Origin: Planctomycetota bacterium
GTDB taxonomy: Bacteria; Planctomycetota; SZUA-567; H5-PLA8
Direction: 5' to 3'
NCBI GenBank assembly: GCA_038227875.1
Contig: JBBRPR010000105.1
Span: forward strand, 1-16,588
Length of the DNA: 16,588 nucleotides
Shown here: positions 1 through 8,216 of the stretch, one piece after another
How the letters are laid out: each line of letters opens with the position of its first letter
Numbering within the stretch: position 1 is the stretch's first letter
Notes under the pieces: model-generated
What the model saw: only the letters and a program-made list of their open reading frames with translations
Told to the model about the DNA's origin: nothing
Database searches by the model: none
Program-made: the position numbers and the translations under genes

Positions 1-34
1 AAATGGTGATGAGCGCAAGAGTGTCTTTCTGCAT
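1..34 (-). CDS. 5' end of a gene running off the left edge (MQKDTLALITI...), product unknown
   Basis: Minus-strand ATG at 34, preceded by an SD-like GAAAGGAA (42-49) at 7-nt spacing; open to the window edge. Only 11 codons visible. Confidence 0.5.
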   Translation of the reverse strand, partial: MQKDTLALITI

Positions 35-156
35 CAGGGTGTTCCTTTCAGAAGCCGCGGCTGCCATCACCGTCTTCCTACATACCCCGATTCCGCATAG
101 AAGCGATGTTTTGATTTCATAGTGTTTATTTTCGTGCTATTGACTCAGAATTGACG

Positions 157-171
157 GAACGAATTTCGTTC
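157..171. promoter_or_regulatory. Perfect inverted repeat GAACGAA-T-TTCGTTC, candidate operator
   Basis: 7-bp arms with a 1-nt spacer (too tight for a terminator loop), lying between the regulator at 202..1320 and the gene starting at 34. Operator function is inferred. Confidence 0.35.
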
Positions 172-201
172 TGCGCGTTCTGCGCGTACCGGACTACGTC
201 T

Positions 202-1320
202 TCAAGTCGGCTTTCTTGAGGCCACGGTCTTGCCTTCGAACCACGGTGCCGGAATTCTCCGGACCTGCGGTGGAAACTTCGCTTCAAGCAGCAACAGCGC
301 GGCTTGTCTGCCGAGTTCTCGAAAGTCGACACGGGGGCCAGCAATCTCCGCGTGCGTCCCATCGCGTTCCTGGAAACACACCACGCTCAGATCCCGCGGA
401 ATCGCCAGGCCTCTCTGACTTGCGGCTGATAGGACCAGCCGCGCCTTGTCCGAATCCACCGCCACCACGGCAGTCGGCTGCGCCCGGCCGACAAAAAGAG
501 AACGAATGGAGGGGCTGTTGAGATTGTCGGTGCCCAGCGAATTCAATATCAGCTCCGCCCGGACACGAAGACCGGATTCACGCAGCGCGCGTTCGTAGCC
601 TTTCTGGCGCTCAACAGTATCCGGGTCCACGTCCCGCGCATGAATGTGAATCTGGCGGATAAAGGCGATCCGTCGATGACCCAAGGCGACCAAATGCCGC
701 GTCGCGTCGAACGCCGCGTTCTCATTGTCAACGCAGGCGCTGTGCATTTTCCAATTCGCAGGCGGGCGATCCACCAGCACGATGGGCAGATTCATGCGTT
801 CGTAACTCTGAAGCACATCCTTCCGAAAGTTTCCCCAGAGCAGCACACCATCGGCCGGCAAACGTTCAAAGCGAGAGGGAATTGCCGCCAGAAAACGAAA
901 GTTATGTGCCAGCAGCAACGCGCGGCCCTGGTTGGTCACTTCCAGCGTCAAGCCTTCCTGGACCATTCGACCATAGTTTGTGCGCAAGTACGCATCGAGG
1001 TAGCTGCTGACAACTTCAACCGCGAGACGATGGGTGGCCGCGGGCACACCCGAGGGCGCCTGAACCATCAACTGCCCGCCGCGCGTCTTCTCCAGCCGCC
1101 CTTCCATTCGTAACAATTCGAGAGCGCCGCGAATCGTGATGGGTCCTGCGCCGAATTCGCGCGCCATTTTACGCAAGGAGGGAAGAGTAGATCCGCCCCC
1201 CCAGACGCCCGCCGACATCCGCTCGCGCATGGTTTCTGCAATTGTGCGGTAAAGCGCATCCTGCAACGGCGGACGGCCGCGTTTTCGTTTGTGCGGTAGA
1301 GGGCCTTTTGCTGTCGTCAT
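202..1320 (-). CDS. AraR-type transcriptional regulator (GntR wHTH + LacI/GalR-type ligand-binding domain)
   Basis: N-terminal LYRTIAETMRERM...LPSLRKMAREFG...TIRGALELLRMEGRL is GntR wHTH-like. C-terminal PIVLVDR, VDNENAAFDATRHLVALGHRRIAF, RQKGYERAL, GLAIPRDLSVVCF is the LacI-type periplasmic-binding fold. Confidence 0.93.
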   Translation of the reverse strand: MTTAKGPLPHKRKRGRPPLQDALYRTIAETMRERMSAGVWGGGSTLPSLRKMAREFGAGPITIRGALELLRMEGRLEKTRGGQLMVQAPSGVPAATHRLAVEVVSSYLDAYLRTNYGRMVQEGLTLEVTNQGRALLLAHNFRFLAAIPSRFERLPADGVLLWGNFRKDVLQSYERMNLPIVLVDRPPANWKMHSACVDNENAAFDATRHLVALGHRRIAFIRQIHIHARDVDPDTVERQKGYERALRESGLRVRAELILNSLGTDNLNSPSIRSLFVGRAQPTAVVAVDSDKARLVLSAASQRGLAIPRDLSVVCFQERDGTHAEIAGPRVDFRELGRQAALLLLEAKFPPQVRRIPAPWFEGKTVASRKPT

Positions 1321-1355
1321 TCGTATGGCGATTCTGTCACTCTTCTTTCAAGCGT

Positions 1356-3848
1356 TCATTTGTTGCTGCTGTTTGGTTTGTGCTCGGCAACCCACTTGTC
1401 AAACTCCAGTGGACTCGCTCGCCCTGTAAAAACCACATCCTGGACAGCGATTGACGTATCCCAACCCGAACCCCAGACAATGCCAGTGTGGTCGTTGGGT
1501 TTCGCCGACTTATGTTCCAGCAGCACTTTTCCATCAACCATGAAATAATACCGGTCGCCTTGACAACCCATTTCCATTTTTCCACTCGGTGGACATCCCA
1601 CCGCGGACCTGGCAATGACTTCACCCGTGTCCAGGTTTTCCCGACTCACGCTGTCAGTCGGATTGGATAAGTAGATGGCTTTCGTGCCAATCACCAATGT
1701 CATCGCTGCCGATTTGCCCTTCGACCCATCGCCCTGAAACCAGACCAGGATCCGGCTGCCTGCCAGTTTTTTATAGGTGAAGGCCAGGGAGAAATCTCCC
1801 GAGTTTACGAATGGACACTTAAAATATTTGGCGAACCTGCCTCCGGCCCTGAACGACAGCCCGTTTTCGTCGGCATGGACGTAGCTGGATTCGTTCCCCG
1901 CGAATGGTTTTGCGCTCCAATCCTCCAATTGGGATGCGTCCTTCTTGAAATCGTAGTGCAATTGGAATTTCAATACCCGCGGTTCAAATACCTCGAGTTT
2001 ACCGCGAAAGGCCCTGGCCATTGCCGGATCGGCGCCCGCTTGAATTCGCTTCAATTCATCATTCAGTGCCGCTACCCGTTCGAGTTGCCTGGGATTTTTG
2101 CTCCATTTCGTTTTGCCAAATTGTTTGTCGAAAGCATTCACGTCATTCATCAGATTCTTGGCTTGAACGAGTGTCGTCGCGGTCTGCGCGCGGGTTTCGA
2201 TTACGCCCCAAGCGGACGCGGCATCTTTCTCGCGCTTTTCGTCATTGCGTTCGGTGGCCATGTTGCGCAAAGCGCCCTGCAACGCATGGCCATCGCAACG
2301 CGCGAGGGCGGTCTGGGCCTTCTCGAAATCCTGCTTTGCCATGTACGAGAGGGCTTGTCCCATCCATTCATCGATGGTTGCCGGAGCGGGCAACGGGGCG
2401 ATGGCTTCCCGCGAGTCAGGAAGAATGTCCGCAATGGCCACAGACACGGTAGCTGAGCCCTTGACCGCACCGTCGAAAATCAGCGGCTTGTCGATCGATA
2501 GCGAATCGCCTTCGCCCGCCAAAAGTGTGCCCTCCACGATTCCAGCCCGGGTCTCAAGCCGAATCTTATGACCCACGTTTTTTGAGAGTGCTTCGCGCCA
2601 AGCCATGTCGCGCTTCCGCAGCAGCTCCAATGCTGCTTTGAGCGCGTTTCGCGTGTCGCCGGAGACATCGGGATTCTGATCGACCGATCGTATGGCCGAG
2701 GGAAGATCCGGCAGCGAAAGCAACGCAAGCGTCTGTTGCAGCAGCCGCTGAGTTGCGAGCACCGAATCCGCAGCCTTTGCGATTGGAATTTCAGCGGCCG
2801 GTTGTTTCAGGTCGTGGATTGGCTGGCTTGAAATGGCGGGCAGCACCGCATGGGTTTGATTGAATTGTTGAACGGCATTGATGCCGTCACGCAAGGTCTG
2901 AGCGGACGGAGCCAGTTTGGAATCTCCATGGGCTTTTAGAAATGAGTCGACGCACGCGAGCCGGTCGGCGCTATCGCCCTTGTCCATCGAACCCACTCGC
3001 TTGATCATGTTGTCGTAGTCCACCGTTGCCTGCGATTCAGGATCGGGCTTGGGCGGAGATTCCTGTATCGCCTCGGTTTTTGTTGCGACCGGCAATGTCG
3101 GCGGACGCGCAATTTCCTTGGGCGCTTCTGGCGCAACCGGCAGGGGCATGTCTGGGAGTTTAACACCCTCAGTGGAGGAAGCGACCGGGCGATCCGGGTT
3201 GGGGTTCGAACGTGGACGCGATTGGGAATTCAAAAGGAATATTCCCAGTACGACCAGAATTCCCGCACCTGCGACGGCAAGAGCAACGGGTTTAATGCCG
3301 TTTTGCGAGGCCAGGCGAACCCCAGGTTTCGACGGGCGCGATTCCGAGCGTTTGACTGGTGAGATGGCCGCTCGAGAGACACTCTGGACGGACTTGGATT
3401 TCAAAAGAGAATCTGGGGTGACCAGAACCACGTTTTCACCGGACTTGCGTACAATTTTAGGCACGTCGCCGGCAGGAAGCGCCTCGAACTCCATCGTCGT
3501 CACACCGACGGCGCACGTCTTGCAATAAATACCTTTCAATTTCTTGTCGCGCCCAAGTCCCTCGAGAATCTGTTTATCGGTGATCCGTTTGCCGCAGGTC
3601 TCGCAGAAGTAGAATCTTGTCACGTTGTCCGCAGGCGCTACTTCCAAGCCCGGCACTCCACCGGATGTTTTCTGAACTTCCTGCGCCTTGCTATCTCTCG
3701 GGCCAACCGCCGGCAGACCGGATGTGGGGAGTTCATCCAATGCAGCGCATTTGGAACACGTCGCGCTTCCCGTGCGCTTGGACGCCTCAGACTGCAGATC
3801 ACCCGAAAGAAGTCGCGTACCACAGGTGTCGCAATACTTGATTTCCAC
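1356..3848 (-). CDS. 830-aa single-pass membrane protein: two N-terminal Cys4 zinc-ribbon motifs, TM helix, Pro-rich linker, helical region, C-terminal probable beta-sandwich (ConA/lectin-like) domain
   Basis: Long uninterrupted ORF with a GTG start after AGGGG. Motifs CDTC-x21-CSKC (aa 6-34) and CETC-x23-CKTC (aa 82-112); hydrophobic VALAVAGAGILVVLGIFLL. The beta-rich C-terminal fold call (YDF...LEDW...GDRYYFMVDGKVLLEH) is tentative. Confidence 0.8.
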   Translation of the reverse strand: MEIKYCDTCGTRLLSGDLQSEASKRTGSATCSKCAALDELPTSGLPAVGPRDSKAQEVQKTSGGVPGLEVAPADNVTRFYFCETCGKRITDKQILEGLGRDKKLKGIYCKTCAVGVTTMEFEALPAGDVPKIVRKSGENVVLVTPDSLLKSKSVQSVSRAAISPVKRSESRPSKPGVRLASQNGIKPVALAVAGAGILVVLGIFLLNSQSRPRSNPNPDRPVASSTEGVKLPDMPLPVAPEAPKEIARPPTLPVATKTEAIQESPPKPDPESQATVDYDNMIKRVGSMDKGDSADRLACVDSFLKAHGDSKLAPSAQTLRDGINAVQQFNQTHAVLPAISSQPIHDLKQPAAEIPIAKAADSVLATQRLLQQTLALLSLPDLPSAIRSVDQNPDVSGDTRNALKAALELLRKRDMAWREALSKNVGHKIRLETRAGIVEGTLLAGEGDSLSIDKPLIFDGAVKGSATVSVAIADILPDSREAIAPLPAPATIDEWMGQALSYMAKQDFEKAQTALARCDGHALQGALRNMATERNDEKREKDAASAWGVIETRAQTATTLVQAKNLMNDVNAFDKQFGKTKWSKNPRQLERVAALNDELKRIQAGADPAMARAFRGKLEVFEPRVLKFQLHYDFKKDASQLEDWSAKPFAGNESSYVHADENGLSFRAGGRFAKYFKCPFVNSGDFSLAFTYKKLAGSRILVWFQGDGSKGKSAAMTLVIGTKAIYLSNPTDSVSRENLDTGEVIARSAVGCPPSGKMEMGCQGDRYYFMVDGKVLLEHKSAKPNDHTGIVWGSGWDTSIAVQDVVFTGRASPLEFDKWVAEHKPNSSNK

Positions 3849-3951
3849 GTCATTGCCCCTGCGAATCGATGCAAAATGAAGGGTCTTAATGATCCAACAT
3901 CACTCGCCGCAAAAACTTGGCCACGATCGAGATTTACACCTCGCAGCGAGG

Positions 3952-5079
3952 CTAAAGTTTTCTGATCGTCGTTTCACCATCCTGCACAAATAGCGGCAGC
4001 AACATGCCCACGGGGGTGGGCTGCCGACCGGAAACGAGGTCACCGACGAGTTGAATCAGCGTCCGTCCCAGTACGCCCGGTTCGGCAACAGCCTTCGTGA
4101 TCGTCGGTACGCCTGGGATCCCTTCATAGAATCCGCCCACGCATGCGACACTGACATCGTGTGGCGTTCGCAATCCCAATTCATTGAGCGCCAGAATGGC
4201 CGCATGCGCAAAAAATCCATCGCGCGCGAAGATTGCCGACGGCGGCCGACGGCGCTGAAATTCGGTTTTCAGTTCAGCCTGAACTTCAGTGAAGGATTGT
4301 CCAACTCCCGTCCGGCCGACTGGATAGTGAAGTCGTTCGAAATCCAGGGCTGAAGGTGCCAACGCCGCCCGCCAACCTTCCCGACGGTCGACCGTGACTT
4401 TATACTCTTTTCGAGAGTTGATCAGCGCCACGGTGCTGTGTCCGAGTTCCTGCAGATACCGGACCACCGAGAAGGCGCCCTGGTAATCGTTGGGCGCCAC
4501 GAAACTCAGTACAGTCGTTTCTTGAAACGGACCAGCGACGACGACCGGCATTCCGCTCGACTGTGCCTGAACGAGTTCCTCAGGATTGGACCAATCGAGC
4601 ACCATCAATGCCTGGCAATCCAACTCGGCAACGCGTGATTCCAGACGTTTTCCAACGGAGTCGTGCGCGGGCAAAAAGTTCATCGACACGCCACGCTTCG
4701 CACATTCAGCCTGAACTTCCAGAAAGGTGAAATAAAATACAGGATCGCGACGCAGCGCGTCCCAGTTGTCGCTGTGGATCACTGCCAGCCGTTTGAGCGG
4801 AGTGGAATTGACTGCGCCTAACGGGGTACGCTCGGATTGTTCCCGAACATACGTCCCTTTGCCGCGCCCGCGTTGTCGAACCAGCAATCCTTCATCCACC
4901 AGTTCCTGCATCGCACGGCGGATGGTCATGGGCGCAGCATCCAGTCGCGCAGACAACTCTCGCTCGGATGGAACCGGTGTTGCGCCACCGTAACGTCCAT
5001 TAGCAATATCTTGAATAAGGGCTTGTTTAACTGTTCGATATTTCAGTTGCCGAATTTTTACAGTATGCTGCAAACCCAT
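3952..5079 (-). CDS. Second AraR-type regulator (GntR wHTH + LacI-type sensor)
   Basis: KYRTVKQALIQDIANG...PSERELSARLD...TIRRAMQELVDEGLLVRQRGRGKGTYV, then LGHSTVALI, DRREGW, GLRTPHDVSV. Start moved from 5112 to the ATG at 5079 because a perfect AGGAGG (5089-5094, minus strand) precedes it. Confidence 0.93.
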   Translation of the reverse strand: MGLQHTVKIRQLKYRTVKQALIQDIANGRYGGATPVPSERELSARLDAAPMTIRRAMQELVDEGLLVRQRGRGKGTYVREQSERTPLGAVNSTPLKRLAVIHSDNWDALRRDPVFYFTFLEVQAECAKRGVSMNFLPAHDSVGKRLESRVAELDCQALMVLDWSNPEELVQAQSSGMPVVVAGPFQETTVLSFVAPNDYQGAFSVVRYLQELGHSTVALINSRKEYKVTVDRREGWRAALAPSALDFERLHYPVGRTGVGQSFTEVQAELKTEFQRRRPPSAIFARDGFFAHAAILALNELGLRTPHDVSVACVGGFYEGIPGVPTITKAVAEPGVLGRTLIQLVGDLVSGRQPTPVGMLLPLFVQDGETTIRKL

Positions 5080-5094
5080 ACTCAGTAACCTCCT

Positions 5095-5245
5095 ACGGAT
5101 ATAGTACACCATTCATGCTAAACATCTAGACATTATAAATATTTTTTATATGTTATATCCACTGACAATCGCGCGCGGTGTACTTGTCGTGGGTTCAATC
5201 ACAAAACGGGACCTCTTCTTGACGATCAATCGGAACTGAGCAGCA
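5095..5245. promoter_or_regulatory. AT-rich divergent promoter region between regulator and amidohydrolase
   Basis: Divergent gene starts; AT-rich core 5118-5160; 8-bp inverted repeat AGTACACC (5103-5110) / GGTGTACT (5177-5184); near-palindrome ATCTAGACA. Confidence 0.55.
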
Positions 5246-6673
5246 ATGGAGATCGGAATCGGAAGAGCAACGTTATGGGGTACTTGGAAGACCGGACGAC
5301 GGCTGGCCGATGAGGTTGAATTCAGAGTATTGATCGCGCGTAACGGCGGAAATTCTGCAGCCATTGCCGTGGCAGATCTTCAAGGATTGTGGCCGAGTAC
5401 TTCGCTGCTGTTGCGCGAGCACCTGGCCCGCTGTATCGGGACCTCTCCGGACAACGTTGGCATTTTCACCACTCAGAATCATGGCGTACCGGTTGAATCG
5501 AACGGAGTCTTTGATCCAGGGTTGCTTGCAGCTGCACTGGAACGTGCGGCTGGCGCGGCACTCTCGAATTCAACGCGTGCCGAGTGGGGATTGGTAGCGA
5601 CGCGGACAGAAGCACCTTCCATATTCTGTCGACGGGTCCCTATCGAAGGGATGGGAAAACTTACATGCTGGTACGGGCTTGAAACTTCCGAGACCGGACG
5701 TGCGGACTGTACAGCCCTAGTGTCAAATGCCCTCAGGAATTTGGAATCTCGCGAATTGCAGCAGCAACGATGTCTGGAATGGGACACCGTTGTTCAGCGT
5801 TCTTCAATCGATTTGCATCGCACCTATTTGCCACCCGCTAAAGACGATCTTATCCAATGCGTATTCTTTCGCGAGGTGGGTAGCCAGCGTCCATTGGGCG
5901 CCTTTTTACGATTCGCAGCACATCCCGCGACGTCCAACTTGCGTGGGGCCAACTGGCATTCTGGCGACTATCCTGTTTATGCGTGCCGCTATTTGGAACA
6001 GCATTTCGGCGGCGTTGCACTCTTCGGTACGGGTCCCTGCGGAGACCAATGTCCTCTAATTGGAAGGAAAGGAATAAAACTTTCTGAACGAATTGGAAAC
6101 CAAATCGCCAAGGCTGCCATTGCGGATTTGCCTAAACTCCGCTGGGAATCGGAGGGGCCGCTGCTGGTGGAATCTCCAAGCATATGCGTGCACGTCCGCG
6201 ATGCGTTCAAATTGGAATCGGCATCGGTAGAAAGGCAACTCAACTGTATTCGAGAAATTCACCAGAGCCGGCACTTCAGCATCAACCAATTCAAGAGAAT
6301 GTCCGACACCCATGAAACTCTTGCGAATGTCGCCACGCAAGCCCGGCTGGAAGACACTGGCATTGATCCCAGACATTGCAGCAACGGAAGTTACTCCCAT
6401 CCTCATTTCGTGCTTCGACTGGGAGCAGTTGCCTTTGCAGGTCTGTCCGGCGAACCCTTTGGTGCTTATAGTACCCGGCTTCGAAATGAAACACTTCGAG
6501 ACAACCTGATTGTCCTCGAAGAAGCCAATGGTTACATCGGCTATGTACCGACAGACGACGAATTCGGACAAGGTGGTTATGAAGTAAATGCGTCGTGGGT
6601 CGCCAAGGGCGTTGAGCAAAAAATCGTTGCTGCAGTAAAGAAATCAATAACTGAGCTCATGACGATTGAATGA
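5246..6673 (+). CDS. Neutral/alkaline ceramidase-like metallo-amidohydrolase
   Basis: Ordered family motifs: AVADL, IFTTQNHG (variant of THTHS), RFAAHPAT, SGDYP, GPCGDQCP, GEPF, ANGYIGYVPT..EF..GGYE. An in-frame TGA at 5237 fixes the start. Confidence 0.8.
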   Translation: MEIGIGRATLWGTWKTGRRLADEVEFRVLIARNGGNSAAIAVADLQGLWPSTSLLLREHLARCIGTSPDNVGIFTTQNHGVPVESNGVFDPGLLAAALERAAGAALSNSTRAEWGLVATRTEAPSIFCRRVPIEGMGKLTCWYGLETSETGRADCTALVSNALRNLESRELQQQRCLEWDTVVQRSSIDLHRTYLPPAKDDLIQCVFFREVGSQRPLGAFLRFAAHPATSNLRGANWHSGDYPVYACRYLEQHFGGVALFGTGPCGDQCPLIGRKGIKLSERIGNQIAKAAIADLPKLRWESEGPLLVESPSICVHVRDAFKLESASVERQLNCIREIHQSRHFSINQFKRMSDTHETLANVATQARLEDTGIDPRHCSNGSYSHPHFVLRLGAVAFAGLSGEPFGAYSTRLRNETLRDNLIVLEEANGYIGYVPTDDEFGQGGYEVNASWVAKGVEQKIVAAVKKSITELMTIE

Positions 6674-6755
6674 AAGACCCATTTTGAAACAATCTCTATC
6701 GCTTAAGCACTTCCGCCATTGAGCCCCAACACTCAAAGCTCTTATTCTGAGCACG

Positions 6756-6794
6756 TTACATCAACGAGATTGCACTATAGAATTTTTATAGAAT
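6756..6794 (+). promoter_or_regulatory. Candidate sigma70-type promoter with phased direct repeat
   Basis: TTACAT (6756-6761)-N16-TAGAAT (6778-6783); TATAGAAT occurs at 6776 and 6787 (11-bp period), upstream of the + strand cluster. Confidence 0.3.
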
Positions 6795-6887
6795 CCGTTT
6801 GCTGAAAACGAATTCTGCGGGGAACAAGATGATGAAGGGCAGAACAACGGTTTCGGAACTGAATGCGCAATCACCAGGCGACTTGGC

Positions 6888-7070
6888 ATGAACGAACGTG
6901 ACGACGTCTCCCTTCTGAATGCAATCGCCCGGGACCGTGATGAAGCGGCCTTTGCTGAACTCTGCGAGCGCTACCAAAAGCGCGCCTTTTGCTCATCCTT
7001 TCGGATTCTATGCAACGCGGCATTGACCGAAGAGGCTGTTCAGTAGGGCATGCTATCTGTTTGGCTCTCT
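6888..7070 (+). pseudogene. Truncated ECF sigma-70 factor (region 2 only, premature stop)
   Basis: Manual translation MNERDDVSLLNAIARDRDEAAFAELCERYQKRAFCSSFRILCNAALTEEAVQ*GMLSVWLS matches the ECF region-2 pattern (AF..L..RY...A....RIL......EEAVQE.ML.VW). TAG at 7044-7046 sits where Glu (GAG) is expected. No region 4 follows. Confidence 0.8.
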
Positions 7071-7083
7071 TCTCAGCACGGTC

Positions 7084-7975
7084 TTGCGAAACCCTGCACG
7101 CAACACGCAAACGAGTCTGTGGCGAGCGCTGTTGCGACGGCTGACGGGAGTGTGGATTCCGCCGCGCATTCAAGGTTTTGAATTTTGCGATCAACCATGG
7201 CTGGGTGGTGTCTGGCGCGAAGCCTATCTGGACGGTTTGCGATTCCTGTTCAATCTCGGCGGCGTCTATCGCAGCATGCACATTCCGTTTGCACGCTGGG
7301 CGGCGGCTGCCGGCCATGCGCGCGTCCTGGATCTGGCCAGCGGAAACGGCGGACCGACGGAGACCATGTTAGCGAACGCTCAGGCAAACGGCATCGTCAT
7401 GCCAACCATTGTACTCAGCGATTTCTATCCCGACCGCGAGACTTTTGAACGTCTTAAGCAAGCACATTCTGATCAGATTGACTACATCGCCGAAAAGGTC
7501 GATGCGGTTTCCAACCCGTTACATACCGAACTCGTTTCGATCTGTTCTGCCTTCCATCACTTTCCGCCGGACCTGGCAAGAAAACTACTCGCCAATGCCG
7601 GCGAAGGCTCCGACGGCATCTTCATCATGGAGGTTTTCTCGAGGTATTTGCTGACACCGTTCCAATCGCTAATGAACCTGATTCCGTTGATGATTTCGTG
7701 CTTTTCCGCCAACCGTGTCTCGCTACGCAAAGCTCGCCATTACCGCGCTCGTCCCCATCGTTCCCCTGATGATCATCTTTGACGGAATCGCAAGCGCACT
7801 GCGCACGTATCGCCCCGAAGAAATTTTGGACCTGGTTCCCGAGAGGCAGTGTCACGACTGGCAATGGGAGTCGGGAAGTCAGCGCTATCTCGGGATATTT
7901 AGCGCGCCGTATCTGTTTGGATTTCGCCGCAGGACATTAGAAAAGGCTGGCCAACGCAGAGAAATTCACCTTTAG
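7084..7975 (+). pseudogene. Class I SAM-dependent methyltransferase split by a single extra base (pseudogene or sequencing error)
   Basis: FEFCDQPW, VLDLASGNGGP (motif I), LSDFYP, SAFHHF in 7084..7782. The expected C-terminus (LVPIVPLMIIFDGIASALRTY..EE...WQWESG) is in the 7715..7975 frame. Removing one A from AAA at 7729-7731 joins them as ...VSLRKLAITALVP.... The TTG start is uncertain. Confidence 0.8.
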
Positions 7976-8035
7976 GAATGCCGCCATGTTAGACGCGACC
8001 CAAGCCAGAAATTTGAAAAAGAATACTGTCCGGAA
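7974..8035 (+). repeat. Imperfect direct repeat, copy 1 (copy 2 at 10542-10603)
   Basis: Ungapped hand alignment gives 46/62 identities, 27/30 over the first 30 nt (AGGAATGmCGCCATGTTmGAmGCGACCCAA). Weaker similarity extends upstream to about 7940/10504. Confidence 0.85.
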
Positions 8036-8120
8036 GAGCACAGCCCTTTGTTTAGTGACCTCCGGCCGTCTCGTAGCCCGCAGCGCGCCTCCACGGCGAT
8101 TTTCATCAGGAATTAATTAG
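7986..8120 (+). pseudogene. 44-codon ORF, degenerate paralog of the 5' part of the DUF2892 gene
   Basis: MLDATQARNLKKNTVRKS...SGRLVARSA versus MFEATQSNVMQNDNDRNA...WGRLLAGSA (10554). Same AGGAATG-based RBS context; lacks the TM helices and the CP motif. Confidence 0.6.
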
Positions 8121-8216
8121 CACGGATATAAACACTCTGGAAGATACTCATCGCTTCCGCGCAGAACCGGGGTATGAGGAAGACGGCGATTTACCCGCGC
8201 TCGAAAGGGAGGCAGC

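Noticed and set aside
3939..3951. CCTCGC-A-GCGAGG as terminator of the second regulator
   Set aside because: Short stem, 1-nt spacer and no U-tract on the minus strand.
6829..6891. 20-codon ORF (MMKGRTTVSELNAQSPGDLA) overlapping the sigma stub start by ATGA, as a leader or precursor peptide
   Set aside because: Too short, with no motif; cannot be distinguished from chance or a gene remnant.
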